Below are positions 1 to 9,032 of a stretch of 64,000 bases of DNA, piece by piece. This DNA is from Erysipelotrichaceae bacterium UBA4808 (GTDB lineage Bacteria; Bacillota_I; Bacilli_A; Erysipelotrichales; Erysipelotrichaceae). The stretch's first letter is position 1. Every line of letters begins with the position of its first letter. The stretch lies in assembly GCA_002402585.1 (NCBI GenBank), contig DHGC01000054.1, positions 10,972-74,971 on the forward strand. The letters run 5' to 3'. The notes beneath the pieces were generated by a model that saw only the letters and a list, made by a program, of their open reading frames with translations, ran no database searches and was not told where the DNA came from. A program made the position numbers and the translations under genes.

Positions 1-416
1 TTTTCAATTACTTGACCATATTCAATGGAAATCGTACCACTGTAACCACAGACTCCAAAATGATTGTAGATTTCTTTGATGGTTTTTGCAATCGTACTCT
101 TTCCATTGGTACCCGTGACCCCAATCATATTCAATTTTTGATGAGGTTTATGAAAAAAGATGGCTGCTGTACGATTGAGTTCTTCTAGAACATCATTGAC
201 TTGAATGTATGTAATACTTTCTTGATGAATAAGTGCATCACTGTGAACGATGACGATGGCTCCATTCGCAATCGCTTGGTCGACAAAACGATGACCATCA
301 TTGACCATCCCCTTGAGGCAATAAAAGACCGCTTGTTTCATGGGTTTTCTTGAATCGGTCACCAAATCCTTTACTTCTATTTTAGGTGCTGTGCTAAATA
401 ATCGATTTAACTTCAT
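1..416 (-). CDS. murE: UDP-N-acetylmuramoyl-L-alanyl-D-glutamate--(L-Lys or meso-DAP) ligase MurE, N-terminal fragment; the gene runs off the window start
   Basis: My own minus-strand translation from the ATG at 416 gives MKLNRLFSTAPKIEVKDLVTDSRKPMKQAVFYCLKGMVNDGHRFVDQAIANGA...MIGVTGTNGKSTIAKT. This is a MurE-type N-domain plus the GxxGTNGKS/T P-loop. The ATG overlaps the mtaB TGA (ATGA). It is absent from the ORF track because it is truncated. Confidence 0.8.
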   Translation of the reverse strand, partial: MKLNRLFSTAPKIEVKDLVTDSRKPMKQAVFYCLKGMVNDGHRFVDQAIANGAIVIVHSDALIHQESITYIQVNDVLEELNRTAAIFFHKPHQKLNMIGVTGTNGKSTIAKTIKEIYNHFGVCGYSGTISIEYGQVIE

Positions 417-1681
417 AGAATTACTCTTTCCGCAATCAGATGATCGTTTTTAACATCTATAACTCTACACAAAACCCGTTGATTTAGCAAATCATGACCA
501 TTCTTCACAAGTACAGGTAGATATTCCGCACTATAACCAAAACACATGTCTTCTTGTACTTCTTCAAGTAGAACCTCTATATCATGATTGACATAGTTAA
601 CCATTGTATTACGATGCATCTTATCCGATAAGGCTTGTGCTATATGCACGCGTTCCTTTTTGACTTCATTTGTCCATTCTTCTTTATAAAACGAAGCTTT
701 GGTTCCCTCGCGTTTCGAATAAGGAAATACATGCATGAAACTAAGGTTCATTGCTTCTAATGAATGGAGTGATGTTTCGAATGCTTCTTTTGATTCGGTT
801 GGAAAACCCACAATCAAATCGGTACTGATCAATATTGAAGGAACCTGTTCACGAATCGCTTGAAGTCTTTGATTGAAATCACTTAAGGTATAGGGTCGAT
901 GCATGTCTTTCAATACATCATCACTAGCTGCTTGAATGGGTATGTGAAGATGTTTTGCTAAGCGTGGTTCATCCCTTAGTAATTCAATCATTTCATCGCT
1001 AACTTCCGTGATTTCAATCGATGATATGCGAATACGTGGTATCTTTGTTTCGATTAAAATTCTTTTTAAAAGTTGGACAAGATTTGATCCGATATCCAAA
1101 CCATAACGTCCCGTATGAATGCCTGTCAATGTGATTTCTTGGTGCTGATCCAAGGCATTGATCTGATCGAAGACCTTATCCATGTCCATGGAGCGCTCCC
1201 GACCTCGAGCAAATGGAATGATACAGTAAGTACAAAACTGATTACATCCATCTTGAATCTTCACATATGCTTTCTTTTGATGTTTGAAGGATTGAATCGG
1301 TAGATTTTCAAAGCTTCTTGGATAGGCATAATCAACTTGATCACACTTTGCTTCGAGCAATTCAACCAAGCGATCTTTGTCTTTTGCTCCAATGAGTAAA
1401 TCGATATCGTACTTATCTTTCAAAAAAGCATGATGGGTCTGCACATAACAACCCACAACGACCACAAAAGCATCCGGATTGGTTCGTTTCGCTTGTGCAA
1501 TTTTCTGGCGGCTTTTGAAACTGGCTGTATTGGTAACGGTACAGGTATTGATGATCACCACATCCGTCTTCTCTTTAGGTAAGCCTTCTTGGTATCCTAC
1601 GTCAAGGAGCTGTTGGCGATAGTATTCGGATTCATAGGCATTGACCTTGCATCCGAGGGTTTGGATGAGAAATGTCTTCAT
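413..1681 (-). CDS. mtaB: tRNA t6A37 methylthiotransferase MtaB (radical SAM, YqeV-like)
   Basis: It has the N-terminal Cys triad (LGCKVNAYE / NTCTVT / VVGCY) and the radical-SAM motif GCNQFCTYCIIP. It lies downstream of rsmE, as in Bacillus yqeU-yqeV. Confidence 0.85.
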   Translation of the reverse strand: MKTFLIQTLGCKVNAYESEYYRQQLLDVGYQEGLPKEKTDVVIINTCTVTNTASFKSRQKIAQAKRTNPDAFVVVVGCYVQTHHAFLKDKYDIDLLIGAKDKDRLVELLEAKCDQVDYAYPRSFENLPIQSFKHQKKAYVKIQDGCNQFCTYCIIPFARGRERSMDMDKVFDQINALDQHQEITLTGIHTGRYGLDIGSNLVQLLKRILIETKIPRIRISSIEITEVSDEMIELLRDEPRLAKHLHIPIQAASDDVLKDMHRPYTLSDFNQRLQAIREQVPSILISTDLIVGFPTESKEAFETSLHSLEAMNLSFMHVFPYSKREGTKASFYKEEWTNEVKKERVHIAQALSDKMHRNTMVNYVNHDIEVLLEEVQEDMCFGYSAEYLPVLVKNGHDLLNQRVLCRVIDVKNDHLIAERVIL

Positions 1682-2454
1682 TTACTTTTCCTTGTTAATT
1701 TCTTTTGATATTTAATGAGTTGCTTTTTGGTTTTATCCTCGATAAGAGTCGATCTTAAAAGATACTCAATCGCTTCAAGTTCATGCTCTTCTAACATGGC
1801 TTGTGCAATAATTTCGAGTTCTTCTTTCAAAGGGATTAGCTTTCCAATAGATTTGCTCAAAGCAAAACGACGTAATTTTCTTGCGGCATTGATTTGATAA
1901 AGGCTTTTTGTGTTGGAATAGTAAAAAATCACACTCTCATCATAACGTTTGATCACATGGATTTCGATATAGGCTTGTTTATAGGGTTCTAATCCATACT
2001 GTTCAATGTTGATTGTACGGTCTTTAAAATTACGATAAAGTTTGAAATACTGTGGTAATTCCAGAATGGCAAGTTCTTTGTCATAGAGCGCATTCAGCAG
2101 TTCATCAAAGAAAGCAATCCAAATGTAGCTCCCATTGCTACTTTTAAAATAATGAAGATCATTTTTCAGTTCATCGTTTTTAAGGCTTATCAAGCGATTT
2201 CTTTCTTGATAGGATAAGTTATCCCAATAATCAAACAAATCTCGTCTAGCGTCCTCAAAACACGCCTCCATGCGTGATTTATTCAACAAACCTTCATGAA
2301 AGATCAACGCATCGAAGAAATCACATTCTGATCTCATATTTACATCCAACTTATACAATGAAAAAACCTGCTTCATCTGCGCAAGTACTTGTTTTGTGCC
2401 GCGATCTTTATAAACATCGATCTTATTCGCTTTGAGTAGAATTCCTTCAATCAT
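1678..2454 (-). CDS. hypothetical protein (258 aa, Lys/Glu-rich, no motif recognised)
   Basis: This is a long ORF with ATGA overlaps at both ends (rsmE stop at 2451-2453, mtaB start at 1681), so it is translationally coupled inside the rsmE-mtaB operon. Confidence 0.6.
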   Translation of the reverse strand: MIEGILLKANKIDVYKDRGTKQVLAQMKQVFSLYKLDVNMRSECDFFDALIFHEGLLNKSRMEACFEDARRDLFDYWDNLSYQERNRLISLKNDELKNDLHYFKSSNGSYIWIAFFDELLNALYDKELAILELPQYFKLYRNFKDRTINIEQYGLEPYKQAYIEIHVIKRYDESVIFYYSNTKSLYQINAARKLRRFALSKSIGKLIPLKEELEIIAQAMLEEHELEAIEYLLRSTLIEDKTKKQLIKYQKKLTRKSK

Positions 2455-3176
2455 CGTTGGTGTTCCTCAAACATAAAATCAACCGCACTCAAAATATATA
2501 AACTCGCCGTTTCAGCTCTTAGGATGCGTGCCCCCAAATGAACGATATTGAAGCCCATTTCTTTTAATTGCTCAATCTCACTTGGGTCGAAACCACCTTC
2601 TGGACCACAAACGAGTGTGATCGATTGCTTTGGGTGCAATACATCTTTGATAAAATGTGCACTTTCATTCTCATAACAAACTAGATTGTTATCCGAAAGA
2701 TAAGCTTTAATTTCATCGATTGTGATCACATCCATGAGTTCAGGAACATATGTACGTTTACTCTGCTCAGAAGCTTCTTGCATGATTTTCTGATAACGAA
2801 CACGCTTGTGCTGGCTTTCAGTCTTATCCCATTTAACGACATTACGTCGCAATATCAAGGGTACGACACGATAAACACCCAACTCTGTTGCTTTTTGAAG
2901 TAAAAACTCCCAACGCTCCTTACGAATCAAGGCTTGAATCAAGGTGACCTTGATTTTCATCTCACTGCTTTGCTTAAGAAATTCAATTGGTGTCGCAAAA
3001 GCATTGGACACTTGAACTTCTAACCGACACAGAGCACGCTTTTGGTCCGCATCAACACAAACCACTTTTTGACCGCTTTGATAGCGTAAGACGTTGATGC
3101 ATTGGTGCGTCTGTTCTGGATCAAGTGAAAAAGCTTGATTCAGAGTCAAGCTTGTCTTTACAAAAAACTGCTGCAT
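2451..3176 (-). CDS. rsmE: 16S rRNA (uracil1498-N3)-methyltransferase RsmE
   Basis: It carries the C-terminal SPOUT signature GPEGGF...LGARILRAETA and has the typical ~240 aa length. It overlaps the rluB stop by 1 nt (TAATG). Confidence 0.85.
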   Translation of the reverse strand: MQQFFVKTSLTLNQAFSLDPEQTHQCINVLRYQSGQKVVCVDADQKRALCRLEVQVSNAFATPIEFLKQSSEMKIKVTLIQALIRKERWEFLLQKATELGVYRVVPLILRRNVVKWDKTESQHKRVRYQKIMQEASEQSKRTYVPELMDVITIDEIKAYLSDNNLVCYENESAHFIKDVLHPKQSITLVCGPEGGFDPSEIEQLKEMGFNIVHLGARILRAETASLYILSAVDFMFEEHQR

Positions 3177-3907
3177 TATTTTAAGACTCCATTGTTGGCT
3201 AACTCACGTAATTGTTTTACTTCAAAAGGTTTCAAGCGACGATATTCACCGGGTCTTAAGTCTTTGCAATCCACGAATGCAAGTTTAGATCGATGTAAAC
3301 GTGTCACATTAAATCCAAGTGCCTCCATCATGCGTTTGATTTGACGATTCTTACCTTCTTGGATCGTAAGTTCCATTTCACTTGTCTGCTTCGCAATATT
3401 TTTCTTAGTGATATAAACTTTGGACGGTAAAGTTACGGTCCCATCATCTAATTTAATGCCCTTTTCTAATTGTTTGATTTGAGCTGTCCTCAAGATGCCA
3501 TCAATTGAGACTTCATAGAGTTTTGATAGGTGAAACCGTGGATGCGTCATTTCATTTGCAAACTCACCATCATTGGTTAGAAAAAGCACACCACTGGTAT
3601 CATAATCCAAGCGTCCTACAGGAAAAATGCGTTCGGATACATTAAGAAGACTAACAACCGTTTGACGATCATGTTCATCATTAAGGCTGCAGATGACCTT
3701 TTTGGGCTTGTGCAAAAGATAATAGACTTTATTCTCTCCTTCGACTTTTTTACCATCGAATTTGACAACAGCGCCTTTCTTTACAATAAAACCTAAGGTA
3801 GTGATCACTTCACCATCGACTTCAACACGTCCTGCAAGAATCAATTCCTCCGCTTTACGACGCGAAGCGATTCCTGCACGTGCTAATATTTTCTGTAATC
3901 GTTCCAT
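3176..3907 (-). CDS. rluB: 23S rRNA pseudouridine synthase, RluB/RsuA family
   Basis: It has an S4 domain (MERLQKILARAGIASRRKAEELI) and the catalytic motif GRLDYDTSGVLFLTNDGE. I placed the start at the internal ATG 3907, just after the scpB stop, rather than at the track start 3973. Confidence 0.85.
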   Translation of the reverse strand: MERLQKILARAGIASRRKAEELILAGRVEVDGEVITTLGFIVKKGAVVKFDGKKVEGENKVYYLLHKPKKVICSLNDEHDRQTVVSLLNVSERIFPVGRLDYDTSGVLFLTNDGEFANEMTHPRFHLSKLYEVSIDGILRTAQIKQLEKGIKLDDGTVTLPSKVYITKKNIAKQTSEMELTIQEGKNRQIKRMMEALGFNVTRLHRSKLAFVDCKDLRPGEYRRLKPFEVKQLRELANNGVLK

Positions 3908-3911
3908 TTGT

Positions 3912-4457
3912 TTACTCAAACAGCTGATGTTCGCTGCTTTCCTCTTGATAGTTTGGAAGATTCGGTAATTCATTCAAACTCATAAGTTTGAACAAATCTA
4001 AAAATTCTTCCGTAATCTCATACAAGATCGGTCTTCCCGCATTTTCAGATCGACCTGCTTCACGAATCAAATCTTGAGCTTGAAGCTTCTTTAACATCAT
4101 CTCACAACCGACACCACGAATCTCTTCAATTTCCATACGCGTGATGGGTTGTTTATAAGCAATGATCGCCAAAGTCTCAAGCGCAGATTGCGAAAGTTGG
4201 CGGGATTTGGTCAATGTGATGATCCGCTGCACATAATCATGTACGGCAGCTTTTGAAATGAACTTATAGCGATTTTGAATGGAAATCAATTCAAAGCCAC
4301 GATCTTCATTCTGATACGCATTCACCATCTCATCCAAGATGTTTCGAATATAATCTTCTCCTAGGTCCAAGGCTTCTGATAATTGTGCTAAACTGATGCC
4401 TTCTTCACCAAAAACGAAGATGATGCCTTCGATGATGGCTTTAAGTGTTATATCCAT
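3912..4457 (-). CDS. scpB: segregation and condensation protein B
   Basis: The sequence is ScpB-like (IIEGIIFVFGEEGISLAQL..., AIIAYKQPITRMEIEEIRGV) and follows scpA. The start is the ATG at 4457, preceded by a GGGGGA SD. The track N-terminal extension was rejected. Confidence 0.85.
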   Translation of the reverse strand: MDITLKAIIEGIIFVFGEEGISLAQLSEALDLGEDYIRNILDEMVNAYQNEDRGFELISIQNRYKFISKAAVHDYVQRIITLTKSRQLSQSALETLAIIAYKQPITRMEIEEIRGVGCEMMLKKLQAQDLIREAGRSENAGRPILYEITEEFLDLFKLMSLNELPNLPNYQEESSEHQLFE

Positions 4458-5184
4458 AAGCAATCCCCCTTCTGAAATGAACTTCTTGATCATTGAAACT
4501 GAAACTAAGAAGATTGCGACGATTGAGTTCAAGAATCGCCAAGAACGTTACGATCAAAACAGCTCGATCTTGAACATCTTGAATCATGTCATCGAATGAA
4601 AACGGTTCAACTAAGTTCATGATCATTCCAATCAACTGATCACCTCGATCATCAATTGACAGTTCTGTCTTTGTGATCTTAACCTGCATCGGATGTGTGT
4701 AATTAAAGCGTTCCAAACACTTCTGCATCGCTTTCAACAAATCACTTTGATTACCATGCGTAAAACGAATGTTTTCATCATCCGCCATTTGAATGATCTG
4801 GCGTTCAATCGGTTTCTCCAATTGCTTCTGACGCTCTAAAAAGCGTTCATTCAACATCTGTGAAATATCTTTGAATTGTTGATATTCAATCAAACGTCGA
4901 ACCAATGCATCTTTTGGATCTTCTTCGTATTCATTGACTTCCAATGGCTTTGGATCCACAGGCAAGCACTTCTTGGACTTATATTCCAAAAGCGCAGCCA
5001 ATTCATAGAGATACTCACTTGCGATTTCTAATTTATCTTCAACAGCATTTAAGTATTGAATGTATTGCTCAATCAAAACATCCATCGCCAAGTCAAAAAG
5101 ATCCAACTTCTTTTCTTTGATGAGATGAAGCATGAGATCTAAGGGACCGGTAAATTGTTCAAGTGTGACAGTGAATTTTTGCAT
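4441..5184 (-). CDS. scpA: segregation and condensation protein A
   Basis: The N-terminus MQKFTVTLEQFTGPLDLMLHLIKEKKLDLFDL is typical ScpA. The start is the ATG at 5184; the upstream 48 codons of the track ORF overlap the preceding gene. Confidence 0.85.
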   Translation of the reverse strand: MQKFTVTLEQFTGPLDLMLHLIKEKKLDLFDLAMDVLIEQYIQYLNAVEDKLEIASEYLYELAALLEYKSKKCLPVDPKPLEVNEYEEDPKDALVRRLIEYQQFKDISQMLNERFLERQKQLEKPIERQIIQMADDENIRFTHGNQSDLLKAMQKCLERFNYTHPMQVKITKTELSIDDRGDQLIGMIMNLVEPFSFDDMIQDVQDRAVLIVTFLAILELNRRNLLSFSFNDQEVHFRRGIAYGYNT

Positions 5185-5227
5185 GACTGGTTTATTATAC
5201 CAAAATAACGCTAAGATACAAAAAGCT

Positions 5228-5869
5228 TTATGACATCCTGCTTTGCAGCTCCTGCTTAAGCTCATCAATGGAATTATCACGATACTCTTCATGATGAAGC
5301 GGTAAACGAACATCGATCGTAACAGCATGCATGTTCCCTTTGATCATGATGTTTTTCGAGTTTTCAAAAACAACGGGGATGATGGTCTTTTGATGGGTTT
5401 GACAATAATGGAAGAAACTATCATTGATGTTTGAACCCTTATCATTGATGAAAACAAATAGATTCTTAGACGATCTTATGATTTGATTAAGATGATCATC
5501 ATGTAGGACAAATGAATAGTTAGACAAATCAACAAATTGGGACTGGATACGTTTGAACCATATCTTCATGTAAGGCAATCTTGTTTCCATACCAAAAATA
5601 AAACTGATGTCTACAGGAATCTGCGCCAATACCAAAGCGGCTTCGTAATCATTGGAAGATCGTGCAATGAACACATGGCCATCCTCAAGTGGAATATGAT
5701 TCTTATGTGTCATCTCTGCTTTAACTTTAATCAAACGCAGTAAGATCGTCGCAATGACTTTTGCTGTATATTGGTTCAGTTCGATGTCATCTTTGCGAAC
5801 ATGAAGCAAACTCAACATAAAGGAAGGATAATAGATGATCATTTTGATCCACAAAAAAAGATGTTTCAT
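5228..5869 (-). CDS. membrane-anchored PlsC-like (lysophospholipid acyltransferase fold) protein with degenerate catalytic motifs
   Basis: It has a hydrophobic N-terminus. Blocks sit at PlsC-like spacing: FIARSSNDYE (aa 67-77, where NHxxxxD would be), FVFINDKGS (aa 138-146, in place of FPEGTR) and IIPVVF (aa 163-168). Its ATGA overlaps the folA stop. Confidence 0.45.
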   Translation of the reverse strand: MKHLFLWIKMIIYYPSFMLSLLHVRKDDIELNQYTAKVIATILLRLIKVKAEMTHKNHIPLEDGHVFIARSSNDYEAALVLAQIPVDISFIFGMETRLPYMKIWFKRIQSQFVDLSNYSFVLHDDHLNQIIRSSKNLFVFINDKGSNINDSFFHYCQTHQKTIIPVVFENSKNIMIKGNMHAVTIDVRLPLHHEEYRDNSIDELKQELQSRMS

Positions 5870-6339
5870 TGTTTCTTCTCATACATTTTGAAGACAAAGG
5901 CTTCAAATGTTTCTATTTTAATGATGTCGTAATCATTGTCATCGAAATGCGGAAAGAACGTATCACAGGTGAATGTCCCTTTGATGTGACTGATCGCAAG
6001 ATATTTGGCATAAGGTAAAGCTTGGGCATAGACAATGGCTCCACCGATGACATAGATCATCTCTTCGGAATTTGAATTTTCTTTAAAGAAAGTTTCTATA
6101 TCGTCTATGACTTCAAGATTTTTTTCATCTTTCAATAGCTCAGGGTGATGCGTCACAACAAGATTTCTTCGTTTTGGCAAGGCTTTCCCAATGCTTAGAA
6201 AGGTCTTCTTACCCATCAAGATCGTGTGATGAAGGGTCATGTTTCTAAAGTGGATTAAATCCTCTTTGATGTGCCAGGGTAAGCTTCCATTCAAGCCAAT
6301 ACCACCCTGTTCATCCATCGCAACGACACATGTAATCAT
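5866..6339 (-). CDS. folA: dihydrofolate reductase
   Basis: The sequence [35 protein letters not shown]...ILMGKKTF is a DHFR signature. It has an ATGA overlap with thyA. Confidence 0.9.
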   Translation of the reverse strand: MITCVVAMDEQGGIGLNGSLPWHIKEDLIHFRNMTLHHTILMGKKTFLSIGKALPKRRNLVVTHHPELLKDEKNLEVIDDIETFFKENSNSEEMIYVIGGAIVYAQALPYAKYLAISHIKGTFTCDTFFPHFDDNDYDIIKIETFEAFVFKMYEKKQ

Positions 6340-7208
6340 ACGCTCACCTTTGCTTTAATTGCTGGATGGGATTGATAATCCAATAACTCAATGTCTTCAT
6401 ACTTGAAATCTTCGATGTCTTTGATCATCGGATTCAATCGTAAATGAGCCAAAGGTAATGGATCACGGCTCAACTGTAGGGCTACTTGTTCCATATGGTC
6501 ATTGTAGATATGAACATCACCAAAAGTATGTACGAACTCTCCAACTTCCAAATCACAGGCTTGTGCGATCAGATGTGTAAACAAGGCATAAGAGGCAATA
6601 TTGAAAGGTACACCTAAAAAAACATCCGCTGAGCGTTGATATAATTGACAAGACAAACGTTTCTGATCAGAAGATACATAGAATTGCATCATCATATGAC
6701 AAGGTGGCAAGGCCATATTTTCTAACTCAGCAGGATTCCAAGCGCTGATGATATGTCGTCTTGAAAAAGGATTATGACGAATGCCTTCAATCAATTGCTT
6801 TAATTGATCGACGCCATTGAAGTCCCGCCATTGCTTACCATATACGGGTCCTAGATTGCCATGTTTATCTGCAAACACTTGATCGTTTTTGATACGCTCT
6901 ACGTATTCATCCAAACTTTCATTACCATACTCATCTGATTTAACGTAGCGTTCATAAGGCCACTCATTCCAGATTCTTACATTATTCAAGACTAATGGTC
7001 GGATATTAGTTGATCCTGTGATGAACCAAAGCAACTCATGGACAACGGATTTGAAATGTACTTTTTTTGTTGTTAGGAGCGGAAATCCTTCCGCCAAATC
7101 AAAGCGCATTTGATAGCCAAAAATCGAGCGAGTACCGGTCGATGTACGATCAAGGCGTTCCGTTCCCTTTGCAAGAATTTCATTTAATAAAGCGTGATAT
7201 TGTTTCAT
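6336..7208 (-). CDS. thyA: thymidylate synthase (ThyA type)
   Basis: It contains [11 protein letters not shown] and the active-site motif [11 protein letters not shown]. The start is the ATG at 7208 (MKQYHALL), not the track start 7253. Confidence 0.9.
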   Translation of the reverse strand: MKQYHALLNEILAKGTERLDRTSTGTRSIFGYQMRFDLAEGFPLLTTKKVHFKSVVHELLWFITGSTNIRPLVLNNVRIWNEWPYERYVKSDEYGNESLDEYVERIKNDQVFADKHGNLGPVYGKQWRDFNGVDQLKQLIEGIRHNPFSRRHIISAWNPAELENMALPPCHMMMQFYVSSDQKRLSCQLYQRSADVFLGVPFNIASYALFTHLIAQACDLEVGEFVHTFGDVHIYNDHMEQVALQLSRDPLPLAHLRLNPMIKDIEDFKYEDIELLDYQSHPAIKAKVSV

Positions 7209-7227
7209 AATTTTAACCCTTGTCATC

Positions 7228-7236
7228 ATTATAACA
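7228..7236 (-). promoter_or_regulatory. extended -10 promoter element (TGTTATAAT) for the thyA-led gene array
   Basis: The minus strand reads cgTGTTATAATgatgacaagggttaaaattATG. No good -35 was found. Confidence 0.35.
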
Positions 7237-7278
7237 CGATTCAAAATAGACAAAAGATGGGATGGAATAATCCTCTAA

Positions 7279-7313
7279 ATAAAAATCTTTCAGCTCAACT
7301 AGCCTGAAAGATA
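7279..7313 (-). terminator. intrinsic terminator after the ssb-like gene
   Basis: A hairpin ATCTTTCAG/CTGAAAGAT (7285-7293 / 7304-7312) is followed on the minus strand by TTTTTATTT. Confidence 0.6.
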
Positions 7314-7318
7314 GCTTC

Positions 7319-7639
7319 TTAACGCGTACCTAAGAAAGAAACCTTCTCTGCAATCACTTCACAATGATAGATACGTACATTATCCTTCCCCTCATAATTA
7401 TTAGACTGAACACGACCCTTGACACCCAGCAAAGCACCCTCAGTACACTGCTCAATCGTCGATTCCGCAAGATTACGCCACAACATGCACTGAACCTGAT
7501 CGGTTTCAAACTCCCCTTGCGTATTCTTGAAATTGCGCTCGATTTCCAAAATCAACTCCGCATACTTGATACCATTACTTGTTTCTTTTAAGCTTGGAAC
7601 ACCGACTGCTTTACCTACCAATACAACTTGATTCAACAT
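7319..7639 (-). CDS. single-stranded DNA-binding protein paralog, short form without the acidic C-terminal tail (SsbB-like)
   Basis: It has an OB-fold SSB N-terminus (MLNQVVLVGKAVGVPSLKETSNGIKYAELILEIERNF...WRNLAE). The ATG at 7639 is preceded by GGAGGAA. It ends ...VSFLGTR with no DDxxPF-type tail. Confidence 0.7.
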   Translation of the reverse strand: MLNQVVLVGKAVGVPSLKETSNGIKYAELILEIERNFKNTQGEFETDQVQCMLWRNLAESTIEQCTEGALLGVKGRVQSNNYEGKDNVRIYHCEVIAEKVSFLGTR

Positions 7640-7748
7640 AAATTCCTCCTTGTAAAAAGAGTATGTCACAATTGAACATAAGTATCGAATGCTTAAAAAG
7701 GCTTATTAAGAAAGTTTACGACCAGTTTAGATATGCTAAGCGTGTCGA

Positions 7749-9032
7749 TTAATCAAGTTTAGCAAGACCTGTCATTTTTACCAATGCCGTAGGCATTTTC
7801 AATATGTTTTCTCCGAGATGCAGAATGTCTTCAAATTGAATCGATTTAAGAATTGCAATTGAATCCATCATCTCCACCTTATTGAAGTGTGATCGCAACA
7901 ACGTGATGGCATAATCATCTTGGTCATCAAAGCTACGCAACATTTGTGCATAGTATCGACGTTTCAACAAATCGAAAGCTTGCTTAAAGCGATTGAGATC
8001 TGTTTTCAAATTAGTTTGAACCAAATCAATGAAATCATGCTCATCATCATTCTCCCCATAGAACATCACAAAGCCATATTCACGATTGACTTCGACTTCA
8101 TAGCCAAAATACTCCGCAATACGATTGCTTTCCATCCATGTTTCATAAGCAGGATTCGTGGGTGAGAAGATCAATTCAAGGAAGAGTCGATACTGCCATT
8201 CTTTTTCAATATTCTGCTTTGGATCTTCTGAATAATCATTCAACTTGTATGAATAAGTTAGTTTTGATGCTTGAATATCCATCTCAAATTGATGGAAAGG
8301 ACGAACCACTTCGTTTGGTTCGACTTCGAGCACACGTTTGATTTCATGTTTCGGTTCAAACGTTTTTTGATTCTGATTATCTTCGACCCACTGATAAATC
8401 AAATCCGGTGCAAGTGGCGTCACACATACAAGTGTTGCATTCGCAGGATGATAATTCAAGCGATAGGCATCCATTAAATCTTCTTTACGTGTTGCATTAA
8501 CCGACTCTTCTGTTCCTCCAATATCCAAACGTATTGGATGATTGGCATATAATGAATGATAGGTTTCTGCCATTAAGCGTTGTTCAGGCATTTGTTTATA
8601 CATTCGCAATTCTTGCGTGATGATGCCTTTTTCTTTTTCTACGGAAGCTTCCGTGATGCATAGATTTTGAACAAAATCCAATAATAGATTTAATGGTTTT
8701 TGAAGTGCCTTCTTACTGGAATTGAAATAGTAGACAGTCTCATTGTATGAAGTAAATGCATTGACATTGCTCGATAGATGACTAAAGCTTTGCATGATGT
8801 CGATGCCTCCGGGATTCTCAAAGAGTTTGTGTTCTAAGAAATGTGCGACACCGGATGGGAATTGTTTGATTTCGTTATCCGCCTTTTGGACCAAATCAAA
8901 AGATCCAAACGGAAAGCCAAGATAAAATACGGAGGATTGATAATCAATCTTTTGTATCACATAAATCTTCAACCCATTCTCAAGTTCGAACACATCATAA
9001 TGTTCGTTGATATCATCAAATATTTTACGCAT
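7749..9032 (-). CDS. M16 family zinc peptidase, active-site type (YmfH-like)
   Basis: The HxxEH zinc motif is present (VAHFLEHKLFE). The ATG at 9032 overlaps the upstream TGA; the track start at 9035 is a TTG. Confidence 0.8.
   Translation of the reverse strand: MRKIFDDINEHYDVFELENGLKIYVIQKIDYQSSVFYLGFPFGSFDLVQKADNEIKQFPSGVAHFLEHKLFENPGGIDIMQSFSHLSSNVNAFTSYNETVYYFNSSKKALQKPLNLLLDFVQNLCITEASVEKEKGIITQELRMYKQMPEQRLMAETYHSLYANHPIRLDIGGTEESVNATRKEDLMDAYRLNYHPANATLVCVTPLAPDLIYQWVEDNQNQKTFEPKHEIKRVLEVEPNEVVRPFHQFEMDIQASKLTYSYKLNDYSEDPKQNIEKEWQYRLFLELIFSPTNPAYETWMESNRIAEYFGYEVEVNREYGFVMFYGENDDEHDFIDLVQTNLKTDLNRFKQAFDLLKRRYYAQMLRSFDDQDDYAITLLRSHFNKVEMMDSIAILKSIQFEDILHLGENILKMPTALVKMTGLAKLD

Noticed and set aside
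5185-5328. N-terminal extensions in the ORF track for scpA, scpB, rluB, thyA, ssb, rny, cinA, pgsA, rodZ, gpsB, recU, yqeG, yqeH, parC, aspS, hisS, apt, murD and the class B PBP.
   Set aside because: In each case an internal ATG with an SD and/or a start-stop overlap matches the canonical family N-terminus. The extensions overlap the upstream gene, and some start at TTG or GTG.
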